This document shows, piece by piece, positions 29,369 through 45,361 of a DNA stretch of 64,000 bases. The notes beneath the pieces were generated by a model, which was not told the DNA's origin, did not search any database, and saw only the letters and a list, made by a program, of their open reading frames with translations. The DNA is from the human T2T-CHM13v2.0 reference genome, Homo sapiens, in the NCBI RefSeq assembly GCF_009914755.1, contig NC_060932.1; one strand, 5' to 3'. The stretch's first letter is position 1, and every line of letters begins with the position of its first letter. The position numbers and the translations under genes are program-made.

Positions 29369-31910
29369 GTGTACAATAATAGAAAAAAGTTGCAATTCCT
29401 TGCCTCCACTGTGAGACAAACCCCAGCCACATCTCCAGCACATAAGAACTTCCAAACGCCTGAACTGCAGTGGCCAGGCATTCCTCCAGAACCTCCTCCC
29501 ACAGGAGCTTGCTACACATGCCGGAAATCGGGCCCCTGGGCCAAGGAATGCCCGCTGCCTGGGATTCCTCCTAAGCCACGTCCCATCTGTGTGGGACCCC
29601 ACGGAAAATCGGACTGTTCAACTCACCTGGCAGCCACTCCCAGAGTCCCTGGAACTCTGGCCCAAGGCTCGCTGACTGACTCCTTCCCAGATCTTCTCAG
29701 CTTAGCGGCTGAAGACTGACACTGCCCGATCGCCTCGGAAGCCCCTAGACCATCACGGACGCTGAGCTTCGGGTAACTCTCACAGTGGAAGGTAAGCACG
29801 TCCCCTTCTTAATCAATACAGAGGCTACCCACTCCACATTACCTTCTTTTCAAAGGCCTGTTTCCCTTGCCTCCATAACTGTTGTGGGTATTGACGGCCA
29901 GGCTTCTAAACCTCTTAAAACTCCCCAACTCTGCTGCCAACTTAGACAATACTCTTTTAATCACTCCTTTTTAGTTATCCCCACCTGCCCAGTTCCCTTA
30001 TTAGGCTGAGACACTTTAACTAAATTATCTGCTTCCCTGACTATTCCTGGACTACAGCTATATCTCATTGCCGCCCTTCTTCCCAATCCAAAGCCTCCTT
30101 TGCGTCCTCCTCTTGTATCCCCCAGCCTTAACCCACAAGTATAAGATACCTCTACTCCCTCCTTGGCGACCGATCATGCACCTCTTACCATCTCATTAAA
30201 ACCTAATCACCCTTACCCCACTCAACGCCAATATCGCATCCCGCAGCACGCTTTAGAAAGATTAAAGCCTGTTATCACTAGCCTGCTACAGCATGGCCTT
30301 TTAAAGCCTATAAACTCTCCTTACAATTCCCCCATTTTACCTGTCCTAAAACCAGACAAGCCTTACAAGTTAGTTCAGGATCTGCACCTTATCAACCAAA
30401 TTGTTTTGCCTATCCACCCCGTGGTGCCAAACCCACATACTCTCCTATCCTCAATACCTGCCTCTATAACCCATTATTCTGTTCTAGATCTCAAACATGC
30501 TTTCTTTACTATTCCTTTGCACCTTAATCCCAGCCTCTCTTCACTTCCACTTGGACTGACCCTGACACCCATCAAGCTCAGGAAATTACCTAGGCTGTAC
30601 TGCTGCAAAGCTTCACAGACAGCCCCCATTACTTCAATCAAGCCCAAATTTCTTCCTCATCTGTTACCTATCTCGGCATAATTCTCATAAAAACACACGT
30701 GCTCTCCCTGCCAATCGTGTCCGACTGATCTCTCAAACCCCAGCACCTTCTACAAAACAACAACTCCTTTCCTTCCTAGGCATGGTTAGCGTGGTCAGAA
30801 TTCTTACACAAGAGCCAGGACCACACCCTGTAGCCTTTCTGTCCAAAAAACTTGACCTTACTGTTTTAGCCTAGCCCTCATGTCTGTGTGCAGCGGCTGC
30901 CACTGCATTAATACTTTTAGAGGCCCTCAAGATCACAAACTATGCTCAACTCACTCTCTACATTTCTCATAACTTCCAAAATCTATTTTCTTTCTCATAC
31001 CTGACACATATACTTTCTGCTTCCTGGCTCCTTCCGCTATACTCACTCTTTGTTGAGTCTCCCACAATTACCGTTGTTCCTGGCCCAGACTTCAATCCGG
31101 CCTCCCACATTATTCCTGATACCACACCTGACCCCCATGACTGTATCTCTCTGATCCACCTGACATTCACCCCATTTCCCCAAATTTCCTTCTTTCCTGT
31201 TCCTCACCCTGATCACGCTTGATTTATTGATGGCGGTTCCACCAGGCCTAATCGCCACACACCAGCAAAGGCAGGTTATGCTATAGTACAAGCCACTAGC
31301 CCACCTCTTAGAACCTCTCATTTCCTTTCCATTGTGGAAACCTATCCTCAAGGAAATAACTTCTCAGTGTTCCATCTGCTATTCTACTACTCCTCAGGGA
31401 TTCTTCAGGCCCCCTCCCTTCCCTACACATCAAGCTCGAGGATTTGCCCCACCCAGGACTGGCAAATTAGCTTTACTCAACATGCCCTGAGTCAGATAAC
31501 TAAAATACCTCTTAGTCTAGGTAGATACTTTCACTGGATAGGTAGAGGCCTTTCCTACAGGGTCTGAGAAGGCCACCGCAGTCATTTCTTCCCTTCTGTC
31601 AGACATAATTCCTCAGTTTAGCCTTCCCACCTCAATACAGTCTGATAACAGAAGGGCCTTTATTAGTCAAAACAGCCAAGCAGTTTTTCAGGCTCTTAGT
31701 ATTCAGTGAAACCTTTATATCCCTTATGGTCCTCCGTCTTCAAGAAAAGTAGAATGGACTAAAGGTCTTTTAAAAACACACCTCACCAAGCTCAGCCACC
31801 AACTTAAAAAGGACTGGACAATACTTTTACCACTTTCCCTTCTCAGAATTCAGGCCTGTCCTCGGAATGCTACAGGGTACAGCCCATTTGAGCTCCTGTA
31901 TAGACGCTCC
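29369..31910 (+). pseudogene. Decayed HERV-H gag-pro-pol
   Basis: Broken zinc knuckle CYTCRKSGPWAKEC, protease FLINTEATHS (DTG lost), RT YNSPILPV...LVQDL...VLDLKHAFF, integrase remnants, with stops and frameshifts. Confidence 0.9.
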
Positions 31911-32545
31911 TTTTTATTAGGCCCCAGTCTCATTCTAGACACCAGACCAACTCAGACTGTGCCCCAAAAAAAACTTGTCATCCCTGCTATCTTCTCTCTA
32001 GTCATACTCCTATTCACCGTTCTCAACTACTCATACATGCCCTGCTCTTGTTTACACTGCTAGTTTACACTGTTTTTCCAAGCCATCACAGCTGATATCT
32101 CCTGGTGCTATCCCCAGACTGCCACTCTTAACTCTTGAAGTAAATAAATAATCTTTGCTGGCAGGACTATGCTGAATCTCCTTAGGCACTCTCTAATCAG
32201 ATATCCCGAGTCGTCCCAATTCTTAGACATTTTATACCTGTTTTTCTCCTTCTGTTATTCCATTTAGTTTCTCAATTCATCCAAAACCGTATCCAGGCCA
32301 TCATCAATCATTCTATACAACAACTGTTTCTTCTAACATCCCCACAATATCACCCCTTACCACAAGACCTCCCCTCAGCTTAATCTCTCCCACTCTAGGT
32401 TCCCACGCTGCCCCTAATCCCGCTTGAAGCAGCCCTGAGAAACATCGCCCATTCTCTCTCCATACCACCCCCCAAAAATTTTTGCCGCCCCAACACTTCA
32501 ACACTATTTTGTTTTATTTTTCTTATTAATATAAGAAGGCAGGAA

Positions 32546-32998
32546 TGTCAGGCCTCTGAGCCCAAACCAAGCCATCGCATCCCCTGTGACTTGCACGTAT
32601 ACGCCCAGATGGCCTGAAGTAACTGAAGAATCACAAAAGAAGTGAATATGCCCTGCCCCACCTTAACTGATGACATTCCACCACAAAAGAAGTGTAAATG
32701 GCCGGTCCTTGCCTTAAGTGATAACATTACCTTGTGAAAGTCCTTTCCCTGGCTCATCCTGGCTCAAAAAGCACCCCCACTGAGCACCTTGCGACCCCCA
32801 CTCCTGCCCGCCAGAGAACAAACCCCCTTTGACTGTAATTTTCCTTTACCTACCCAAATCCTATAAAACGGCCCCACCCTTATCTCCCTTCACTGACTCT
32901 CTTTTTGGACTCAGCCTGCCTGCACCCAGGTGAAATAAACAGCCATGTTTCTCACACAAAGCCTGTTTGCTGGTCTCTTCACACGGACGCGCATGAAA
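32546..32998 (+). promoter_or_regulatory. 3' LTR7 (poly(A) signal AATAAA 32934-32939; also a potential promoter)
   Basis: Direct repeat of 27271-27723 with 9 substitutions by manual comparison. Confidence 0.9.
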
Positions 32999-35709
32999 CA
33001 CATGATAACTAAATAAATTCAAACTTGGATAATTAACAAGACAAAATTTCAGAAAGGTTTAGGAAATTAAAATTTCCCTGGAAAAATCAATTGTGGAACA
33101 TGCTTTAGAACTTTAAAACATCCTTGAACAAAAATTATACTATTCCTACTATCTTCTCTAAAATATATTATCTTACTTCTGTTTTGCCTTCATAACACTG
33201 ATCATGATCTGAAATATATACTTATATTTCACTTGCCTGTTGGTGTTTTTTTTGTTTGTTTTTTGTCTTCTCACCCACTCACAGAACACAAACTCTGTGA
33301 GAATAAGGGCTATATCCTCAGGATATAGAACAATGCCTACCACATGTAGGATAGAAATAATTATTTGTTGAATGCACAAATGTATAAATCTAAGATCAAT
33401 CTCTCTTGTGTTCATTTTTCCTTCTGTCTTCAAAATTTCACATGAATGCCTCTTTTTGGCGGACACTAAACAGGAACCATATGAGGAAGGACTCTAAGAA
33501 TGCAGTTTCTTGTTTCTCCTCTGCCTAAGAATTGTGTTGGTGGCAAACCTAAGCTGAAAATAGATAATCTGTCATGGGGTGGTAGGTTGAAATCTGGGTC
33601 TCACTACAGGCTCCTTTAGTGCTACCTCACCAAGATAGTTTCCTAATATCTCCCAAGCTCCATTGAACATAAATGTAAAATCTCTATTCTGCTCTAAGAA
33701 AAGGCTCTGAAAGTTTGCAAGAAAAACGGAGTTCCCCTAGACAGGCATTATAATAAAACTGGTACTAAATTCCATTGAGCAGAAACCAAAAGTAAAATAC
33801 AGTAAGGCAGAACAAAGGAGGGTTGTTGTTGTTGTTTAACTGTTTTTCTAGTGCTTAATGAGCACCACTTGTGATGTCAGAACCGGCAGAAAAGGAGCCT
33901 GGTGTGAGCTACATGCAGGTGTGTAAGCAGCTAATGGAAGTGACAGCTAAGATGATATATAACCAGAGTGTTGAAAAATGAATTATCCATGCGGTTTAAA
34001 TGGGCCAGATGATATATTGGAACACCATGTGGTTTAACACAAAGCATGGCATTCAAGATGGAAGATCCAAATCCTAACTCTGGCTCTAACACAGACCACT
34101 TTTACAAGACTGAATGAGTCATTTAAACCACACCATGCTGTGGTTTCTCCCTCCCTCAGTCAAATCAGTGTAGCAAAATGTATTACCCAGTCACAACACA
34201 GGATGTTGCGAGGAAACAAGGGTGGTAGCAACAAATGCAGCCTATTCTGAACACTGCAAGGTGCATGCACTGTGCAAAATAGCAACCCTCATGTGTGTTG
34301 TCAAGGCAGGACTCTTGCAAAATTAATTACTTTTTCAAACTAAAAATCCCACTTTCTTAAACTGGTGTAATACATACAAAATATTAAGGTTTATTACCAT
34401 AATTCTGGAGTTTCTCCCTTTATATGAATTTATATAACATACCACAAATATTTAGAATTGAAAAATCCATTTCAGTTGTGCCAACAGTTGCCAATACTTC
34501 ACAATATTTTACCATAATTGTGAGATCCCCTCAGGCCAGAAATATGCATCCTTGTCCCTGTATTTACAATCTTATATTTAGACCTTGCCAACTGGCCGTT
34601 TAGGTTGCTCCAAATCAAATAAACTTTGAAGCCCACACAGTAAGTATTAGATCATTACTGAGCAGGAGGTACACAGGCTGGAGGTGCAAACAAAACTCAG
34701 GGCAAAAGAGAATCACCAGACGTGAATTAGATACAGAGGCAATTATGGCATAATGAAAAAGAGTAGGACATGGAGTCAAAATAGCTGACGTTAAATACCT
34801 GCTCTGTCACTTACGGTATGACCTTGGCCAATCTTGAATAGGATTTTGGACTTCATCTGTAAAATCAGAATACTAGATTATGCCAGGTGAACAAAGGCAA
34901 GAAGGCATGCATTAATCAATTCACCCAGTAAGTGCCTATAAGAACACAAGCTTTACAGCCACATCACTTGGGGCTTTCATTTATAGCTCTAATCTTAACT
35001 GTGTTACCTTGGACGAGATACTTAACCTCTCTGTGTCTTAGTTTTCTTATCTCTAAAATGAGAACAATAGTACACACTACCTTAGAGGAATGGTTTTGAG
35101 GACTAACTGAGTTAATTTGTGTAAAATAATTCAAACAGTATGTAGCATATAGTAGCATTATCATTATTAGTATGTGCCAAAGGAAACAAATATCAAAGAT
35201 CAAGGAAAACCATGCCCAAATGGAGTCACAGTGCATATCAAAATGACCTCCCAAGATCTCTTACAGATTCATGATTCCCTTACATTTAGTTTTGTTTTCT
35301 CTTTTTTTCTTATGACCAAGGAAGTTTCATAAAAATTGGCTGTTTATTGCAGATAGAATTGTTGGCTTTTACAAGCTTTCCCTCCCCTTAAAAGTTCTCA
35401 CCAGTGACTGTGACATTAATTCTCTCTAACAATTGCTTTATCACAGAGAATAAACCACCATGGGAACCCAGAGCAAGAGCAAAGTTAGGTACAAAAAATT
35501 TAAAGCAGTTTTCATAACCTTATTAGAGATCAGACAAGAGGAGGCAAACAGGGTGAAAATTTCTTTTTGTTCTTTCCATGAATCTGCTCTTTGTTGAAGA
35601 ATCTCGTGGGTGAGAAACAAAACAAGGTTTAATGAACTCTAAATTAAAGATACTTTGAAAATGCTACTATGGTAGGTTTCCTAAGCCAACATTTCATAGT
35701 AATGACTCT

Positions 35710-36085
35710 TGTCTTAGTCCACTTGAGCTACTAACAAAATGTTATGATAACAAAAATATCATAAGTTGGGTGGTTTATAAACAACAAATATTTATTTTTT
35801 AGTTCTGGTGATGGGGAAGTCCAAGATTAAGGTGCCAGCGGTCTTAGTGTTTGATGTGAGCTCTCTTCCTTACAAATGGTGCCTTCTGGCTGTATCTTCT
35901 CATGGCAAAAGGGGCAAGACAAGCTCCCTTGGGCCTGTGTTATAAGAGCATTAAACCCATTTATGAAAGTTCTGCTCTAGTGACCTAATCACCTCTCAAA
36001 GGCTCCACCTCTTAACACCCACATCTGGGAGTGAGTAAGTTTCAACATAATAAATTTGGAGGGACCCAAGCATTCAGATCATAGT
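35710..36085 (-). mobile_element. MLT1A/MSTD-like MaLR solo LTR
   Basis: tgtcttagtcc...gggaagtccaagattaaggtgccagc...gacctaatcacctctcaaaggctccacctcttaa...cattcagatcatag. Confidence 0.8.
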
Positions 36086-36182
36086 TACTAAACCATTTAC
36101 CCTCTTTTCAAGTTTCTAGCCTGCCGAATATACTCTTTTCTCTCAGCAAACTTCCTTACTAAAGCCCATGTTTTCATGAAAG

Positions 36183-36816
36183 TAATACAGGAGTTATTAA
36201 GAAGTTATTTTAGGCAGATAGAGAGGGTAAGGAGTCCTTGGTAAGGTTTTTTCTTTTAATAAAAACAGCCCCAGAAACATTTCTTTTCTAATAGAAAAAC
36301 GGCTTGAATAGCCAGGCGGGCAAGATTTGATATACAAATGCCAGCAATTAGAAACTGAGTCCATCCAACATGGTGATTCCTGCCCTCTTCTCCTTGTCAC
36401 CACTGTGCCAAGCATCATGACTACCTCCTGATAATTCCATGTGTGCAGGACATCATGGTGACCTGCATTTGCATATTAAAAGGCTAGGGTGGGAGGGCCA
36501 GTTTTCTCACAGGCTATGTGAATGACATACCTGGTCAAACCAATCCCCTGAGCCCTATGCAAATCAGACACCACCTCCTCCAGCCTCCTAAATAACCCAC
36601 TGTTTTCCACGGGACTGGTGGGCGTAGGGGGGAGGGGGTGGGCAGAAGTCTCTCTCCACTAGGAGCCCCCCTCCCTCTGCATGGGGGAGTTTTTTCTTCT
36701 TTCTTACCTATTAAACTCTTCAGTCCTTAAAACCACTCCACGTGTGTCCGTGTCGTTTATCTAATTGGCACAAGACAAAGTACCCTGATGTTCCTCCAGT
36801 CATTGGAGTCATATCA
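36183..36816 (+). mobile_element. LTR9-family (LTR9B-like) ERV1 solo LTR
   Basis: TAATACAGGAGTT...TTTAGGCAGATAGAGAGGGTAAGGAGTCC start, ATATCA end, AAAG TSD at 36179-36182 and 36817-36820. Subfamily uncertain (LTR9/MER61 group). Confidence 0.8.
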
Positions 36817-37057
36817 AAAGGCATACTCCATTGGCTTCCTGTCACCAAATCTACCAATTTTCTTTCATTACTTCCCCATTTGCCCTTTATTGTTGCACAT
36901 CATTCTTACTTAATGGAAGATTTGTCTTGCTTTTTCACTAAGGTGAAGTCTGTGTAATAAATCTCATCCAGTCTCACCTGCTGTAGTTCATATTTAATTA
37001 TCTCCATCCTTTTCTGTAGCTACACTGCCCCTTTCCACTGGTTTCTCCACTTCAATA

Positions 37058-37757
37058 TGTTATAGTCGGATATGAGCAGGGCAGGAGAGAGCCCAGCCCC
37101 ACCAGGAATGTCAGGCATCAATCAGGTGATGGTCAGGCAATTGTTAAACTGCATCTCTAAAATAATAATTAGTCTCAACTGGCTCTCAGGAAAGGCAGTC
37201 TCCCAATACACAGAAAAATCCCAGAACTAGTGACCAGCAGTTTCCCAATAAAAGCTCAGGAGTTGGACAAGTGGGCTCAAGTATGCACACCAAGAGGCAA
37301 AATGGTGGAGTTTACCTGGCATATGACCTTCCTCTAGGAATGCTAGACTGGTAAGGGAAGAACACCTCCAGTGAGCTTGCATACAACTCTAATAAACACA
37401 CTACACATGCTCCCCTCCCAAGTGCTAGCAGGCCAAAACTGCACATGTGGACAGCCCACCACAAGGGAAGAAGCAGGGGAGAAGAGATGCAAGAGCCCAG
37501 AAGCATACCAACGTATAAAACCCCAAGTCATAGGTCAAAACATGCACTTGAGATCTCAAGTCACCCACTTGGCCCTCTTCCAAGTGTACTCTACTTGCTT
37601 TCTTCCCGCTCTAAAGCTTTTTAATAAACTTTCACTCCTGCTCTAAAACTTGCTTCAGTCCCTCCTTCTGCCTTATGCACCCTCGGTTGAATTCTTTCTT
37701 CTGAGGAGGCATGAATTGAGGTTGCTGCAAATCTGTATGGATTAGCTGCCAGTAACA
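37058..37757 (+). mobile_element. MER50 ERV1 solo LTR (within an L2 remnant)
   Basis: ATGAGCAGGGCAGGAGAG...CCAGGAATGTCAGGC...CAGGTGATGGTCAGGC. TG...CA ends, AATA TSD at 37054-37057 and 37758-37761. Confidence 0.88.
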
Positions 37758-38807
37758 AATATACAAACGTGATAAAGGTTCCACATGGTAAAATGTGAAA
37801 GGAAAGTGAGAAAAACAAACAAAAAAAATCCTCCCCTCACACATCCTTCTAGCTTCAATTTTATCTTCTTATCTTCTTAAAAGTCGCAATTTTCAAAGAA
37901 GTTATCTGCAATTGGCATCTCCCTTTCTTCACTTCTCCTTTTCTCTTTAACTCATTCAAAGCAGGTTTCTGTTCCATTGAAACTATTCTTGCTGAGATAG
38001 TCAATAATCATCTATATGTCTAAGTACAGCTGACTCAGTTTTTTTCTTGTTTGACCTGGCAATAGCATTTGACCTTTCTAACCACTTCCTCCTTTAAAAA
38101 AAGAAATAACAAAACACTTTTCACTCAGTGTCAGCACACCACAACCTCCTGCTTTTCCACCTACGTCTTTAGCTGTCTTGCCAAGATCTCTTTGTTGGCT
38201 CCTCCTCATCTACCCATTTTCTAAAGGTTGGAATTTATCAGCACTATCCCGAAGACTCCATGCTCCTCTTTCTCCATGCACCTCCCCAAATTATCTCTCA
38301 TATATCCATGTTTACAATAAATCTCACCTTTAGTCTAGATTGATCTTGTCTAACCTTCAGACCCATATACCCAAATTTGTGGTCCATATCTCTACTTGAG
38401 ATATCTTTCAGGCATCTCAAAAAAGTTTTCTAAGACCAGTCATATCATCTCATTGACAGAAGTGCCCAAGCCAGTACTGGGGTAGTAAGCTTTGACTCTT
38501 CCCTCTTACTCACTCCTTTCATCCAATTTCTATTTAAAACATTTTGTTCTCTTCATTTCTCAAAAATAAATCATATCCTAAAAATAGCTTTTCTTATATC
38601 CAGAGATATGATTAGCTATCTTCCCTTTCCCTACACTATATGGTCCCATGGCTTTCCCTTCTTCTCCAACATGGTTATATATAAATCTAAATTATCATTT
38701 TCTTCTACTCATGTTTTACATTCATCTTAATAAATTATTCAGTATCTGTCTTCCCCAATAAGCAACTTAAATAGTTGAATGAGTGGATGATTTGATAGAT
38801 GCATGGA

Positions 38808-38866
38808 AAGAAAAGAAGGGAAGAAGGAAGGAGGGAAGGAAGGAAGGAAGGAAGGGAAAGAAGGGA
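38808..38866. repeat. (GGAA)n-like purine repeat
   Basis: Direct reading. Confidence 0.85.
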
Positions 38867-39456
38867 GATAAGTACATCTGGAAATCTTTACAATTAAAAT
38901 AATAATTTATGAATTTAATATAATAATTTAAGGGAATAAAGTTTTATAAGAGAAATATAAAAATTAAGGAAAGAAGAAAAGGGGGAAAGAATTTAGAAAA
39001 AAATTCAGAGTTCACACCAAAATTAGAGAATAAACCTAGAAAACTTGGGACTGAGGATTGTGGTCATCTAAAGAGGTTAAACAAAATGCCCAGGGAGGTA
39101 TGATTTAATGCAGTGAGTAGTCCAGTAGTTACTCATTTTATTATTGTAAGCAAGTTTCTTAATTATTCTGTGTCTTATTTTTTTATCTGTAAAATTGGGG
39201 CAATAATAGCATCAACTTCACAGGATTGTTATAAAAATTAAGTGATACTAATTGATATCATTTAATATTGATAACATCTTGCGAAAATGTAGAGTATTAG
39301 CCACCATTAGTATTTTTTGTTTAAGTGAGTGGGCTTCATGAACAGCTGCCTTCACAGTCTTCTCAGACCATCTGAACTTCCCTTTCACAGATAATCCCTT
39401 TTTCAACAGTGCAGAAAATGGACTACCTATACCCAAAATAGAGAATGCAGCCTGAA

Positions 39457-39505
39457 ACACACACACACACACACACAAACACTCACACACACACACACAC
39501 ACACA
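39457..39505. repeat. Interrupted (CA)n microsatellite
   Basis: Direct reading. Confidence 0.9.
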
Positions 39506-39591
39506 GAGAACTTCATAACAGTGCTTTACAAATATATCTTGAAAATTAATGCCTCTGTGATTTTGCTCACTCTGTTGTCTCTGTTTATATA

Positions 39592-40202
39592 TGTGTCAGG
39601 TTCTCCAGAGAGACAGAATAGGATGGATAGATAGATAGATAAATGGATATGGATATAGATATAGATATAGATATAGATATGGATATAGATATAGATATAG
39701 ATATAAATAGATATCTCCCTCAGAAAAGATTTGTCATAAGGTATAATAAATTAGACTTCATGTAATATAATATAAATAACCTTATATACCTTACACAATT
39801 ATGAAGACTGAAAAGTCCTCAGATCTGCAGTCTGCAAGCTGAAGACCCAGGAAAGCCAGTGCTATAGTTTGAAGGCTTCAGAGCTGAAGGACAGATAGTG
39901 TAGACTTTTGTTTGGGTCTGAGGGCCTGAGATCCACAAGTCAAGGACAGGAGATGATATCCCAGTGAACAGTCATACAGTGTTAATTCAAATTTCCTTCA
40001 CCTCTTTTGTTATATTTGCACCCTCAGCAGATTGGATGATGCCCACTCACCTTGTGGAAACAATCTGCTTTACTCAGTGTACCAATTCAAATGCTAATCT
40101 CCTCTGGAAACTCTCTCCCACACACACCCAGAAATAATGTTTAATCAGTTATCTGGGCATGCCTTGGCCCAGTCAAGTTGACAAATAAAATTAACCATCT
40201 CA
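39592..40202 (-). mobile_element. MLT2B/C-like ERVL solo LTR containing a (GATA)n/(GATATA)n repeat at ~39625-39714
   Basis: aggttctccagagagacagaa start; cccagtcaagttgacaaataaaattaaccatctca end. Confidence 0.85.
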
Positions 40203-41250
40203 GTTTAGAACACCCGCCCTTCTGTTGCTGTTCAGCACCCAGGTCATCTTCTCCATTTCTCACATTTGGCTATGCAACATTATTCACCTTGTACAACATT
40301 ATCCACTTCTTCTTTGTAACTCCTGAAGCCTATTGTTTCAACTCTAATGTAGTACACAGCCTGAGATTCAAATTTGCCTTGCTGGGGTGATCTTTTCTTA
40401 TTCATCGTTGATGTTTTATAATCAAGTAGAGAGTTAGATACAAAAGTGCTTAATTTATGTTTATTGATTACAATTGAAACACTGAAAAAGAGGTAACTTG
40501 AACATTAGTCTGAAAACCAAAAATTAAGATGTTAGTCTCTTTTTCATAAAGTTGGTTGAGCTGTCATGAAATTTCCTTAATTCTCAATAATAAAATATTA
40601 GTGGGCCAAGTGTGACATTATATCCTCTAAAGAAAATAAATATACATTATTTTCTACTAGAAAATGGGAGAAAAGTAATGATTAAAGATTAATGGTGGCT
40701 AATGTGAAAAACTAAATAAAACTCTGACACATTAATAATTTTTGAAAAATAAAGAATATGATGATTCCCTTAGGCTTTTTCTTAAGAGACATAAAGTGAA
40801 GTATTTGAAGCAACTCTGCATAAATTCAGGGAAAACACTGTCTTCATTTATAATATTAATAGCCTAATGATGTTAGAAATAATTTAGTGCTGCCTTGAGC
40901 TTGGATGAGAACATAAAGTCTTCCAGGACTGATTTGGGGCCTACTGATAAGAAATCATAAAGGGAGCCTCATTCTCATCCTCTTTGTCAGGAATTTAGAG
41001 AATATTACTAACTTTGTTAAAAGTGATCATGTTCATATTATGTTGGTTGAGCTCCAAATATGTATTAGGTAGTACTATAACATGTCAATTATACAGAGAA
41101 TATATGAAGCAGACCCTTTTCTCAAAGACTTTTCTGTCTGAATGGAAAGACACTTGAGTAAAGCTGCAATAACATACGAAATTGTAAAGACCATCTACAC
41201 TATGAAGAAACCACATCAACTAATGGGCAAAGTAACCAGCTAGCATCATA

Positions 41251-45361
<4,111 letters not shown>

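Larger units (their letters stand above)
27271..32998 (+). mobile_element. HERV-H provirus, common deleted ~5.7-kb form, with two LTR7
   Basis: Two 453-bp direct repeats, 5-bp TSD CACAT (27266-27270, 32999-33003), tRNA-His PBS, polypurine tract AAGAAGGCAGGAA at 32533-32545, gag/pro/pol remnants. Confidence 0.98.
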
